DNA of 50,882 bases from Nemertoderma westbladi (taxonomy: Eukaryota > Animalia > Xenacoelomorpha). A program made the position numbers and the translations under genes. The stretch covers positions 1-50,882 of the forward strand of contig JAUCBJ010002604.1 of NCBI GenBank assembly GCA_032718475.1, read 5' to 3'. The notes beneath the pieces are model-generated. The model saw only the letters and a list, made by a program, of their open reading frames with translations, ran no database searches and had not been told where the DNA came from. This document shows positions 1 to 10,395 of the stretch, in pieces. The stretch's first letter is position 1. Every line of letters starts with the position of its first letter.

Positions 1-230
1 GGGAATACTACTACTTGGTATTAGGGATATTGTTGAGTGCGTTGCATGGCAACCATTACTTCGGTGTCAGCTGGTAGGCCTACGGGTTATACAGTCAGTA
101 TATTAGTATTGCTTAGGTGCAGTACCGGTATTGCTTAGGCGCAGTACCGGCATGTATGAGTATATAGAGAATAATATTTAGTCATAGTTATTCTACTCTT
201 CCCCTGAACCTTATATCATAGTTCACAACA
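1..230 (+). repeat. 5' LTR (first 3 nt, TGT, cut off by the window edge)
   Basis: Matches 4769-4998 with no difference seen by eye; ends ...CACAACA. Confidence 0.95.
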
Positions 231-239
231 TGGCGCAGT
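231..239 (+). promoter_or_regulatory. Primer binding site (TGGCGCAGT)
   Basis: TGG-starting motif immediately after the LTR end, complementary to a tRNA 3' CCA end. tRNA-Ser is a plausible primer, but this is an inference from a short match. Confidence 0.75.
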
Positions 240-325
240 GTTTTTAACGTTCGAACCAACGCTGGAAATCATATCGCTTTATCGACAACACGTCTTCGCG
301 AAAACTTGGGGCATCGACATTGAAC

Positions 326-3300
326 ATGCCGCCCAAGCTCAAGAAGAAACAAAGCCCCACCGCATCAGACGATGAGGAGGGCAACCCCCCGTTTAAACTC
401 AATGACTTCGCGATGCTACTCGCGAAACAACAGGCGGATAACCAGGCGGCCATGGCTCAGCTCCTTGCCCAGCAGCAGGCAGCCACTGACGCTCGCCTCG
501 CGCAGCAGCAGGCGGACAACCACGCCGCCCAGGCAGCCACGGACGCATGCCTGGCGCAACTCCTCGCAGCGCTGCAGCCCGGCGCTACCGCTCCTATTGC
601 GGCCCAACATGGGCCACCGACGTTCGCTCAGGCTGCGGCGAACCCCGCTCCTCCGCGTCGCCGCGTCATCGACATTGCCACGTTGGAACGCATCGACACC
701 AGCGTCGACTACGCCACGTTCCGACGATGGCGACGCGCGTGGGGTGTTCACGCCCAGCGCCAGCAGGTCGCCGACTTCCCAATGGGCGAACAGGTCTATG
801 CGCTCGCCGCTGCGCTGGGGAGCGCCCTTCAAGAGACGCTGCGAGTCACCCTACACGTCGACATCGACAGCACGGACACAACCCCGGCGCTGATTCTCGA
901 CGCTATACAGGGACACCTCCGCGCCAAACGGAGTATCGCCATCGACGCGATAAAATTCCACGAGCGGCGTCAGGGCCCCAATGAGGTGTTCGATTCCTTC
1001 CGGGTCGCCCTTGAGGAGCTCGCCGACAACGCCGATCTGTGCGGACATTGCCGTGACCGGCAGATTGTAACCCAAATTCTCGTGGGAATCCGGTGCTCCG
1101 AGACACGCACAGAGCTCCTAAAGGTCCTCCCACAGCCGTCACTGGAGGACTGCGTCCGCATCGCCCAGGGCGTCGAGGCGAGTGGGCGTAACGAGACGAT
1201 TCTCGCGAGCGGCAAACCCGTCGCCAAATTGTCAACGTACAAACGCGAGCGATCCGCCTCCCATACTCGCTCATCCAACCCTCCACGAGGACGCAATCAG
1301 GAGCGCAACTGCGGAAACTGCAGCCAAAAGAGACACGATAAGGGCAAGGAGTGCCCCGCCAAGGGCGTGGTCTGTCACAACTGCGGGAAGACGGGCCACT
1401 TCGAGTCGGTCTGTCGCTCCAAAGACAAGACAACCGCGCCAAAGAAACTCAACACGGTTATACGTCGATACGACATAAACCGCATCACCTCCGACCCAGC
1501 GACATGCGACCTCTCCTATGTCACAGTCAAACTCAGCGATTCCCGGGACGGAGCCACTCTGGGGCGAGTTCGGAACGCCCTCCCAGACAGCGGCGCGGCG
1601 GCCACGCTCCTCAATGAGAAGGAATTCCTCCGACTCGGGGGAAAGCGCGTGGACCTACTCCCGTCAAACAGAGTAAACCTCGTTGCCGCCGACGGACTTC
1701 CCCTAGAAACTCTGGGACGATTCCCAGCGCGGATCGAGTATGAGGGAGCGTCGGCCACGACTGATCTCCTCATCTCTCCAGAGGTCGAAGGCCTGATCCT
1801 CTCGAAGGCCGTGATCCAGGACTTACGGATCCTCCCCGCCAACTTCCCAACTCCCCTCAGTTGCAACACGGCGTCCGTGCGGGACAACAACCACTTCTCG
1901 GTTCCCGAAACCAGGGCGGAGTTCCTCCTCGAGTTTGCGGATGTACTGGACGACCCTTCGGCCCCGTTACCGACCATGCAGGGTCCACCCATGCACATCG
2001 AGCTCAAGGAGAATGCTACCCCGTTCCATGTAAACGGTGCTCGACCTATCCCCTTCGCATTGCGGGACAAGGTCAAAGAACTCCTGGATGACTTGGAGCG
2101 GCGGGAGGTCATCGCACAGGTCGAGGAACCCACGGACTGGGCCCACCCGCTAACGGTCGCGAGAAAACCGAGCGGGAAACTCCGGTTGTGCGTCGATCTG
2201 CGACATCTCAACTCGCAGGTGCGACGCCCGTACTACCCCACCCCGAACCCACGGGTGGCGGTTGCCGGAGTTTCAACAACGGCTCGAATTTTCTCCGTCT
2301 TTGACGCCGCCAGTGGATACTGGCAAGTCCCACTCGACGTGGAGTCGCAACTCCTCACCACATTCGCGACCCCCTGGGGCCGCTATCGCCACCTCCGCAG
2401 CGTGATGGGGTTAATTTCGTCTGGCGACGAATACAACCGCCGCGGAGATGACGCCCTTCAGGGACTGCCCAACCTCGTCAAGGTTGTGGACGATGTGCTC
2501 ATCTATAGCGACACTATGGAGGAGCACATGTCCGACGTGCGGCGGTTCCTAGAGAGGTGCCGGGCCCAGGGGATCACCCTACACCCGGATAAAATCCAGT
2601 TCGCTCAGAGCGAGGTGAAATTCGCCGGGTACCTAATTGGCTCGGACGGCATACACGCCGATCCAGCCAAGCTCAGTGCCATCGCTTCCTTCCCTCGTCC
2701 GGGGAACATCACGGATCTCCGGAGTTTCGTGGGGCTCGTGGAACAGCTGGCTCCATTTTCCGGCGAGATTGCCTCGGCCATGTCCCCACTCCGTCCACTA
2801 CTAAGCACTAAGTCCACATTCATCTGGACAAGCGACCACGAGCGAGCTTTCCAGGCGACAAAGCGGGCACTCACCACCCCGCCCGTCCTCGCACCATTCG
2901 ACCCAGCCCTGGCCACTCAGCTGGTCACTGACGCCTCGCGACTCAAGGGACTGGGATATGCACTACTCCAGCTCCACGGAGAGACCTGGAGACTGGTGGA
3001 GTGCGGATCGCGCTTCACCACGGACGCGGAGTCCAGGTACGCGATGGTGGAGATGGAGCTGCTAGCCGTCGCGTGGGCGGTCCAGAAATGTCGCCTCTTT
3101 CTGCTAGGCCTCCCACACTTCGAACTGATCGTGGACCATAAACCGTTGGTGACCATCCTCGACAAATATACCATCGACGCAACTGACAACACACGCCTCC
3201 AGCGGCTTAAAAGCAAACTGGGCGGCTACCAGTTTACTACCACCTGGAGGAAGGGGAAAGACCACGCCATCCCCGACGCCTTATCCCGCGCTCCCGTCGA

Positions 3301-4702
3301 CGACCCGATGCAGGACGACCTCGTTGACGACGGCGACATGGCGAACTACCTATGCGCCGTCACAGCGCAAACTGCCGCCGAAATTACTGGCCCACTCGCC
3401 GAGCACCTCGCCGATCCAGTGCTGGAGGCTCTCTCCAAGGAAGCCCGGGACGACCCCGGCTATATGGCCCTGCTCCGCGCGGTGGAAGCAGGATTCCCGG
3501 AATCCACCCGGTCGGACCCGGCCGTCCGGATATATTGGTCGGTCAGGGACGTACTGACCACCGACCGGGACCTCGTCCTACACGGGCGGCGCATTGTGAT
3601 ACCTACAGCGGCGCGAAGGACAACCCTAGCCCACCTCCACTCGTCCCACCAGGGGGTGGAGAAAACTCTGCGTCGTGCCCGCCAGTGCGTCTACTGGCCG
3701 GGCATGAGCAACGACGTCCGGACAACAGTCTCCAGCTGTAGCAACTGCCTCACGCAACGTGCCAGTCTGGCCCAGGAACCCATGTTGGAGGAACCACAAC
3801 CCACGCGTCCATTCGAGTATATATCTGCCGACTTCTTCCAGTCGGGAGGGAGCCACTACATCGTCATGGCCGACCGTTATTCCGGGTGGCCGGACGTATA
3901 CTCGTTCCCGTCCGCACCCACTGCAGCCCGGACGGTCGACGCCCTCCGGACCTGGTTCACCCAGTATGGTGTACCGACCCGTTTCCGGTCGGACGGCGGT
4001 ACCCAATTCACGGCTGCAATGCTGACAACGTTCCTCCACACCTGGGGAGTCACTCCCGTCACCTCATCCCCAGAGTATCCCCAGGGAAACGGCCACGCAG
4101 AGTCGGCCGTGAAAGCCATAAAGGGCCTCCTAATCAAAACGGGAGGCAACATCACCAGTGAGAAGTTCCAGGAAGGACTCCTGGAACTCCGCAACGGCCC
4201 TCGGGAGAGTGGCCTCTCGCCGGCCGAGACGGTGTACGGCCACCCCATGCGTTCGCGGGTACCGGCACACCACAGTGCGTTCGCCCAGACCCACCAAGCG
4301 GCCCGGACGGAACTCGACCGGATCATACCGACTCTAAAAGAGACTCGGTCGGCCCACTACAATAGGGGCACAACAGCCCTCCCATCGTTGCCCATTGGCA
4401 CCCACGTCAGGATACAGAACCCGACCACCAAACGATGGGACCGCGCTGGCACAGTCGCGGAGGCCAGGGCAAACCGCCGGTATACCATCCGGATGCCGTC
4501 CGGACGGACCCTCGACCGGAACAGACGGTTCCTTCTTCCAGACACCTCGACCAACCAAGAGGAACCAACCACCACTCCAGAAACCCCTACACCCGCACGG
4601 CGGACCAAGGGCGTCGCCTGGGGCACACCCCTGGAGGATGTAAAAAACGTGCCGGTACGCAAATACCCTCAACGGGCACGCAGACAGCCGGACAGACTCT
4701 AA
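326..4702 (+). CDS. Gag-Pol polyprotein (zinc knuckles, aspartic protease, RT, RNase H, integrase)
   Basis: Uninterrupted ORF; the track starts at TTG 320 and the first ATG is at 326. Motifs: [15 protein letters not shown] and [14 protein letters not shown] knuckles, PDSGA protease, [30 protein letters not shown]...ELLAV...VDHKPL RNase H, HSSH...CSNC plus [19 protein letters not shown] integrase. Confidence 0.96.
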   Translation: MPPKLKKKQSPTASDDEEGNPPFKLNDFAMLLAKQQADNQAAMAQLLAQQQAATDARLAQQQADNHAAQAATDACLAQLLAALQPGATAPIAAQHGPPTFAQAAANPAPPRRRVIDIATLERIDTSVDYATFRRWRRAWGVHAQRQQVADFPMGEQVYALAAALGSALQETLRVTLHVDIDSTDTTPALILDAIQGHLRAKRSIAIDAIKFHERRQGPNEVFDSFRVALEELADNADLCGHCRDRQIVTQILVGIRCSETRTELLKVLPQPSLEDCVRIAQGVEASGRNETILASGKPVAKLSTYKRERSASHTRSSNPPRGRNQERNCGNCSQKRHDKGKECPAKGVVCHNCGKTGHFESVCRSKDKTTAPKKLNTVIRRYDINRITSDPATCDLSYVTVKLSDSRDGATLGRVRNALPDSGAAATLLNEKEFLRLGGKRVDLLPSNRVNLVAADGLPLETLGRFPARIEYEGASATTDLLISPEVEGLILSKAVIQDLRILPANFPTPLSCNTASVRDNNHFSVPETRAEFLLEFADVLDDPSAPLPTMQGPPMHIELKENATPFHVNGARPIPFALRDKVKELLDDLERREVIAQVEEPTDWAHPLTVARKPSGKLRLCVDLRHLNSQVRRPYYPTPNPRVAVAGVSTTARIFSVFDAASGYWQVPLDVESQLLTTFATPWGRYRHLRSVMGLISSGDEYNRRGDDALQGLPNLVKVVDDVLIYSDTMEEHMSDVRRFLERCRAQGITLHPDKIQFAQSEVKFAGYLIGSDGIHADPAKLSAIASFPRPGNITDLRSFVGLVEQLAPFSGEIASAMSPLRPLLSTKSTFIWTSDHERAFQATKRALTTPPVLAPFDPALATQLVTDASRLKGLGYALLQLHGETWRLVECGSRFTTDAESRYAMVEMELLAVAWAVQKCRLFLLGLPHFELIVDHKPLVTILDKYTIDATDNTRLQRLKSKLGGYQFTTTWRKGKDHAIPDALSRAPVDDPMQDDLVDDGDMANYLCAVTAQTAAEITGPLAEHLADPVLEALSKEARDDPGYMALLRAVEAGFPESTRSDPAVRIYWSVRDVLTTDRDLVLHGRRIVIPTAARRTTLAHLHSSHQGVEKTLRRARQCVYWPGMSNDVRTTVSSCSNCLTQRASLAQEPMLEEPQPTRPFEYISADFFQSGGSHYIVMADRYSGWPDVYSFPSAPTAARTVDALRTWFTQYGVPTRFRSDGGTQFTAAMLTTFLHTWGVTPVTSSPEYPQGNGHAESAVKAIKGLLIKTGGNITSEKFQEGLLELRNGPRESGLSPAETVYGHPMRSRVPAHHSAFAQTHQAARTELDRIIPTLKETRSAHYNRGTTALPSLPIGTHVRIQNPTTKRWDRAGTVAEARANRRYTIRMPSGRTLDRNRRFLLPDTSTNQEEPTTTPETPTPARRTKGVAWGTPLEDVKNVPVRKYPQRARRQPDRL

Positions 4703-4756
4703 CCCCCCTCACAAACTTATAAACTGTCAGCTCGCCAAGTGACGCACTTCGAGCTC

Positions 4757-4765
4757 GAAAGGGGG
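4757..4765 (+). promoter_or_regulatory. Polypurine tract
   Basis: GAAAGGGGG directly before the TGT start of the 3' LTR. Confidence 0.85.
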
Positions 4766-4998
4766 TGTGGGAATACTACTACTTGGTATTAGGGATATTG
4801 TTGAGTGCGTTGCATGGCAACCATTACTTCGGTGTCAGCTGGTAGGCCTACGGGTTATACAGTCAGTATATTAGTATTGCTTAGGTGCAGTACCGGTATT
4901 GCTTAGGCGCAGTACCGGCATGTATGAGTATATAGAGAATAATATTTAGTCATAGTTATTCTACTCTTCCCCTGAACCTTATATCATAGTTCACAACA
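4766..4998 (+). repeat. 3' LTR (233 bp, TGT...ACA)
   Basis: TG...CA termini, identical to the 5' LTR, with an internal 22-bp tandem duplication TATTGCTTAGG(T/C)GCAGTACCGG. Confidence 0.95.
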
Positions 4999-5520
4999 GT
5001 TAGTAGGTACGTAGTACCTAGAGTTAGTTAGTTAGTAGGTACGTAGTGCCTAGAGTTAGAGAGTTAGTAGGTACGTAGTACCTAGAGTTAGTTAGTTAGT
5101 AGGTACGTAGTGCCTAGAGTTAGAGAGTTAGTAGGTACGTAGTGCCTAGAGTTAGAAAGTTAGTAGGTACGTAGTGCCTAGAGTTAGAAAGTTAGTAGGT
5201 ATGTAGTACCTAGAGTTAGTTAGTTAGTAGGTACGTAGTGCCTAGAGTTAGAGAGTTAGTAGGTACGTAGTACCTAGAGTTAGTTAGTTAGTAGGTACGT
5301 AGTGCCTAGAGTTAGAGAGTTAGTAGGTACGTAGTGCCTAGAGTTAGAGCTAGAGGGTACGTAGTACCGCTAGTTAGAGTTAGAGTCAGAGGGTACGTAG
5401 TACCGCCAGTTAGAGTTAGAGTTAGAGGGTACGTAGTACCGCTAGTTAGAGTTAGAGTTAGTAGGTACGTAGTACCGTTAGTTAGAGTTAGAGGGTACGC
5501 AGTACCATTAGTTAGAAGAG
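4999..5520. repeat. Variable ~30-34 bp minisatellite (TAGGTACGTAGT(A/G)CCTA core plus GAGTTA/GTTA spacers)
   Basis: About 15 copies of GGTACGTAGT(A/G)CC separated by GTTAGA/GTTA runs; degenerates to the right. Confidence 0.9.
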
Positions 5521-6001
5521 AGAGAGTAAGAGGTAAAAGGGGTAAATAGGATATAGATATTAGTTAGCAGTAAGTAGAGTTAGTAGCGAGAGGGGGGCAT
5601 ATGAGTACAGCTGGGTAAATCGTGTGGCCACACGACGTATACTGCTGTACTGCATAGGCCCACAAAGTAGGCCAGAATATGGATTAGAGAATAGAATAAT
5701 CCATAGGCAGTAACAGGTAGTAGGACAGTAGAATTAAAATAAATAGAACAGGGCTGAAAGTTAGGAAATAGTGGCAACACAAGGGAAGTCGTTCTAGAAC
5801 ATAATAAAAGTAACGGACAGAAATTGTAAATTAGGCTCATTTACTAGCTTCAAAATTAATTAGGTTAAATTTAGGCTAAAAGGCGCAATTAAGTAGAAAG
5901 TAGGCCATTATCGAACCGTACGAAATATCTTAATACATCACTCATCTGTATTGCGCCTTGGTAAGGCACCACCCTGCAGGTGAGCGAGTGTAGTGTTCGG
6001 A

Positions 6002-7714
6002 ATGGCGAGTAAGTTGATCAGGAAGAGGAAAGCGGAGTCAGGAGGAAAAGAAATACTGGTGGATTTCACCGAAAGACACCCGGAGGAGAAGACGAGAGGA
6101 TACTACGAGAAGTTGGAAAGGGGTCACGCGGCACGAGCGCTGCAGGACCACTTCCGGGAGATGCACGAGCAGCGGCTGGTCGGGACCTACGGAACGCCGT
6201 CGCTGGACAACGCGATCTTCCAACACTTCCACTACGTGGTGAAAGGGGACGAGGCGAAGTTCAGGATTCCGAAGTATCCGAGGGAATCACCGAGGAAGGA
6301 CTGGAAGAGGTTCATAGAGTCCGTCAACAGGGGAGGATATATGATCCTAGATGACGAGGGAACCGTGGAAGACGAAGCGGGTTCAAGACGAGGAACGGCA
6401 GGGTCGGCCAGGACCATACTCCTACATTTGGCCGCGCCAAATGGGGACATCTTCTTATTCGACCTAGGGACGTATGGGAAGAAGGACGGGCCGAAATTAG
6501 ACCGATTACCGAAAGCGGTACAAGTCTTAGTAAGGGAGAAGTCGACGACGAAGGTGGGATCGGCGATTCGCGAGGACGCGGAGAGGATCATCGGTCCGGA
6601 CGCCACCAACCTCCTGGATATGCAGAAAGTCTTTATGGCTATGACGGCACCGGATGGATTGGGGGTAGTCGAAAACACAGGCCAATGCGGGGCTGTGGCG
6701 ATGGGCCAATTATTGGGGCTCGTATGCCATAAACCGATGGACTGGGGAAAGTTTAGGGAAGAATACGGGGCAGAACTGGCGAACTCGCTGAAGTGGGGAG
6801 CGAGACCGGGAAAGCAGGAGGTATATCAGTTCCGCAGGGGAGCGATAAAGGTATATCAGAAGCGATATATCCTGCAGGAGGACTGGATGATGATAAGTTT
6901 GCTTAACTTATTCATGACCGTGGTTATCGAGAGGGAACCAGGGGCATTTCTGTTATCGGGATCACCCCTAAGCTACAGGAGAGCCTTTAAAGTGGCCTTT
7001 GACGGTCTGGTAGACCACCCGGGGCTGAAGGGCGAGTCGGTGTACTACAACAGCCGACATCTGGTAGACGGGGAGACAGATACACCGTATCAGAGATGGG
7101 AGCAGCTAGAGGCGGACAGACGAGAAGCAAAGCGACTGGAAGAAGTCGCTAGACGGGAGAGGATAGAAGCAGAGGAGAGGGAAGAGGAGGCCAGGGCACA
7201 GAGTTACGGCTTCGAGGAACAGGCGGGCCTAGACGAACTTCATTGGACTTCGTCAGGGAGTTCGGGGGAGTCTCTAGGGCGAGAATTGGGATGGACGGTG
7301 GGATCGCCGAAACAGTCGACGTCGGGGTTGCAAACGATGCCCATACCAGCGGGCGCCGAGGGCGACCAACCGCCAAGGAAGCTAAGGGAGCTAGAGGGAT
7401 GGAGAGCTACGGGCGAGAGCCAAGGCGGGAAGGGACATAGTGGATCCATCGGGATACCGGGGTTGGAAACACTACCAGAAGAGGAAGACGACGGCGACGA
7501 GTTCGGAGAGATGCCGCCCATCGAAAGGATAGGCCACTCGGACACGGACTGGGTTGGCGGAAGGGTGGTGACGGCCAGTGGGGCGAGGGCCTTCTGGAAC
7601 AGATCCGGCAAGCGGACCTGGGTGCACGAGGAGCCGGCGATGGATTTCGCGGGGAGCACCATCAGGTTGGGCGAGCAACCGGGGACCATCTATATTGCGC
7701 GAAATGAATTTTAA
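6002..7714 (+). CDS. Putative DEDD/DnaQ-like 3'-5' exonuclease (WRN/EXD/Mut-7-like domain) with coiled-coil and low-complexity tail; probably 3'-truncated
   Basis: Long intronless ORF (track start GTG 5993, first ATG 6002). ExoI-like YMILDDEG, then LLHLAAPNGDIFLFDL, LPKAVQVLVREKSTTKVGSAIREDAERI (ExoII-like), NLLDMQ and YQKRYILQED (ExoIII-like), in the order expected for the family. Confidence 0.7.
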   Translation: MASKLIRKRKAESGGKEILVDFTERHPEEKTRGYYEKLERGHAARALQDHFREMHEQRLVGTYGTPSLDNAIFQHFHYVVKGDEAKFRIPKYPRESPRKDWKRFIESVNRGGYMILDDEGTVEDEAGSRRGTAGSARTILLHLAAPNGDIFLFDLGTYGKKDGPKLDRLPKAVQVLVREKSTTKVGSAIREDAERIIGPDATNLLDMQKVFMAMTAPDGLGVVENTGQCGAVAMGQLLGLVCHKPMDWGKFREEYGAELANSLKWGARPGKQEVYQFRRGAIKVYQKRYILQEDWMMISLLNLFMTVVIEREPGAFLLSGSPLSYRRAFKVAFDGLVDHPGLKGESVYYNSRHLVDGETDTPYQRWEQLEADRREAKRLEEVARRERIEAEEREEEARAQSYGFEEQAGLDELHWTSSGSSGESLGRELGWTVGSPKQSTSGLQTMPIPAGAEGDQPPRKLRELEGWRATGESQGGKGHSGSIGIPGLETLPEEEDDGDEFGEMPPIERIGHSDTDWVGGRVVTASGARAFWNRSGKRTWVHEEPAMDFAGSTIRLGEQPGTIYIARNEF

Positions 7715-7797
7715 TATGTGATTTTAGATTATCACTCCGCATCTCTTTGTCGCAGATGGGGCAGCTAACTTTATTGGTAGACATAGGCATCTTGAAT

Positions 7798-9109
7798 CTA
7801 GAAAAATACGTTGATTATTTATAAAAAGATAAAAAATACTGTATACTTGCTAAAAATAAAGTAAAACAGTAGGTATTAATCGGTTACTAGGCAACAATAC
7901 TGTGTTTATATAGTTAGGCCTATTGCTGTATTGTAGCAATCAGTCAGTGAAACATAAAGCAGGCAGTCGGCAGTATCTAGTGTGGAAGTGTTAGTGTACC
8001 AGCGGTTAGATAGTGGCGATAACCAAGACACAAAAGCGATGCCAGTTATTATTCGTGGAAAGAGGGTCTATAAACAACAGTCAGTCAGTCAGAGCAGTAG
8101 TGCTAGTGAAAAGTCTGCCAGAAGTCAGACGTAGCGGTAGCGTTAACCAATACAAATCAACGATAGGCCTAGCTAATCGCTGTGTGAGAACTCAGTTAGT
8201 CAGTAGGATATATAGTGAAAACTGCAGTAATCATTGTTGTTCAGTAGGATCTAGGCTAACTCGAATGATGCGGTACCGATAGTCAGGTAGACAAGCAGAT
8301 AGACAGATGTAGGCCTATTGATCGAATGCTTCGATCACGGTTTAGGCTATCGGTACCACCGTAGTCTGACAGTAATTAATAATGAGCCTACTGCAATACT
8401 GTTGTATCGGTAGACATTAGGCCTAAATGTAAATTGTTTGCTATCGGCATCGATAGTATCGTCAGATGGTGGAAGGCAGATTTTACTTACGGTGTTAGTT
8501 AATATTCACGGAAAGATGAAGTTTGGAAGTTCGTGAGGAAGTTGGTTGACATGGACGACGAGAGAGTTTATTTACCGATAGAACGGAATGGTATCGGAAA
8601 TTAGAAATATTGAAATATTACGCGACGGCTACGCGGAAAGTTTGTTGTCGACGATGAGCGTTAACGCGGCGAAATGATACTAGAAAAATAAGTTGATTAT
8701 TTGTAAAAAGATAAAAAATACTGTAAGCAGATAGGCGGATGTAAGCCTATTGATCGAATGCTTCGATCACGGTTTAGGCTATCGGTACCACCACAGTCTG
8801 ACAGTAATTAATAATGAGCTTACTGCAATACTGTTGTATCGGTAGATAATAAATGTAAATTGTTTGCTAGCGGCATCGATAGTACCATCAGATGGTGGAA
8901 GGCAGATTTTACTTACAGTGTTAGTAAATATTCACGGAAAGAAGAAGTTTGGAAGTTTGTTGGCGATGAGGAAGTTGGTTGACGTGGACGACGAGAGAGT
9001 TTATCAACCGATAGAATGGAATGGTATCGGAAATTAGAAATATTGAAATATTACGCGGCGGATACGCGGAAAGTTTGTTGTCGACGATGAGCGATAACGC
9101 GGCGAAATG
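7798..9109. repeat. Imperfect local duplication (two copies, the second internally deleted)
   Basis: 7798-7843 matches 8680-8725, and ~8293-8677 matches ~8725-9109. Confidence 0.85.
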
Positions 9110-10080
9110 ACAATAATACAACTATACAACTGGATAGTTGACTGACGATAACAAATAAATATTCTTAAATAAATAATATTAAATTCGAAAACAAAATAAT
9201 GGTAAATGATGTTAATCGTAACTTGCAATTGAAATAATGACCTAATATATTGGTGGGGACGTATTAAATAGCAATTCGGTTAGTAAGGGAGGCCCTTGTC
9301 TCTTAAATGAGCCAATCAGAACGCAGCAGTAGAAATGAAGCCCGCTGATTGGCTGTTCATGCATAAGCGGTTACCAGGGCAACTTCTCGTGTTGATGAAT
9401 CTATTAGAAAACCCTGTAGGCATCTTGACTAATTATGTTGAGTTGGCTGTATAACAGAAGCAGGTCTGGTGCAAAGGAAAGGGATTAGTAGAGAGGATTG
9501 CGTGTTTAGAGGCGCTTCATTGTTATGATACGGGCTGCCTGGATATAGGAAAGGGACCCAAGCGACGCCGGCTATAGTGGGAACAATGGAGGGCCGCTGG
9601 AGCATTAGCCTTGAGCGATATACGGAGTTGGTGATAGTCAAGGCCGCCTTGGCGCCATTGATTAGTGAAGACATCGAGGGGGCTGCTAACAGACGGGACC
9701 GCTCATTTATATTTGCCTTGGGGGTATACGTGTAGATTCACTGCCTGTCGTATCTAGTTAATGAATAATGAGGACAGAGGAGGGGCCCCCGCCGATGAAC
9801 GCAGTTGATAGTTGCCAGTAGGGAGCCGTATACCATAGCCATTATAAAGTTAAATATAGACATTATGTCATAGTGATCTCATTGGTGATTATAAAAACTA
9901 ATTAATCTAAAAATAGAAATCAATGTATAAAGTAAAAGTAATATATACAATTAATTAATTTAAAATAAAGTACTAATGAATAAATACGAAGTAAAATAAA
10001 GTGCAATTAATTAATTAAAATTAAATATAAATAAATAAGTATTAATGAATAAAAGAGCTGCGGTGTCACTTATGACACCC

Positions 10081-10387
10081 TCTTCCCCCGGCTCTGCGAC
10101 ACTTGGACCTCACTGATGACCCATTGTGTGTCAGGGCGCTAATCAGTCTGATTAATTAGGATAATCAATTAAACCCTAATTAGGAGTCATATGACACCTG
10201 TTAGGGTTTAATTGTACTAATTAATTGATGACATCTGTCAATTAGGGTCTAATTAGCCTAATTTGGAGGTGTCACCCAGACAGTCTGGCGCCAATGACAC
10301 CCAATGACACCCATAGGGTGATAATTGGGTGTCATATGACACCCAATGGGTGTCAGTTAGGTCTAACTGTCGCAGAGAGGAGGAAGA
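10081..10387. mobile_element. MITE-like/foldback element with ~50-bp imperfect terminal inverted repeats
   Basis: Left arm CTCTGCGACACTTGGACCTCACTGATGACCCATTGTGTGTCA (from 10092) versus reverse complement of the right arm CTCTGCGACAGTTAGACCTAACTGACACCCATTGGGTGTCA (to 10377), extended by TCTTCC/GGAAGA. Many TGACACC motifs inside. No TSD found. Confidence 0.6.
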
Positions 10388-10395
10388 CCCTACTA

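Larger units (their letters stand above)
1..4998 (+). mobile_element. Full-length Ty3/Gypsy LTR retrotransposon, Mag-like
   Basis: Direct LTRs at 1-230 and 4766-4998, PBS after the 5' LTR, PPT before the 3' LTR, and a single gag-pol ORF in PR-RT-RH-IN order. The first 3 nt of the 5' LTR and the left TSD lie outside the window. Confidence 0.96.

Noticed and set aside
2480-2500. VVDD instead of YxDD as a sign of an inactive RT
   Set aside because: Both catalytic Asp residues are present, and hydrophobic substitution at the first position is common in Mag-like elements.
244-4722. Overlapping and antisense ORFs within the Gypsy element
   Set aside because: Expected shadows of a GC-rich coding frame, with no motifs.
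5334-5549. 71-aa RVRVRGYVVP ORF
   Set aside because: Translation of the minisatellite.
9429-9840. GC-richer patch with an 81-aa minus-strand ORF
   Set aside because: No recognisable motif in the frames inspected; too short to support.
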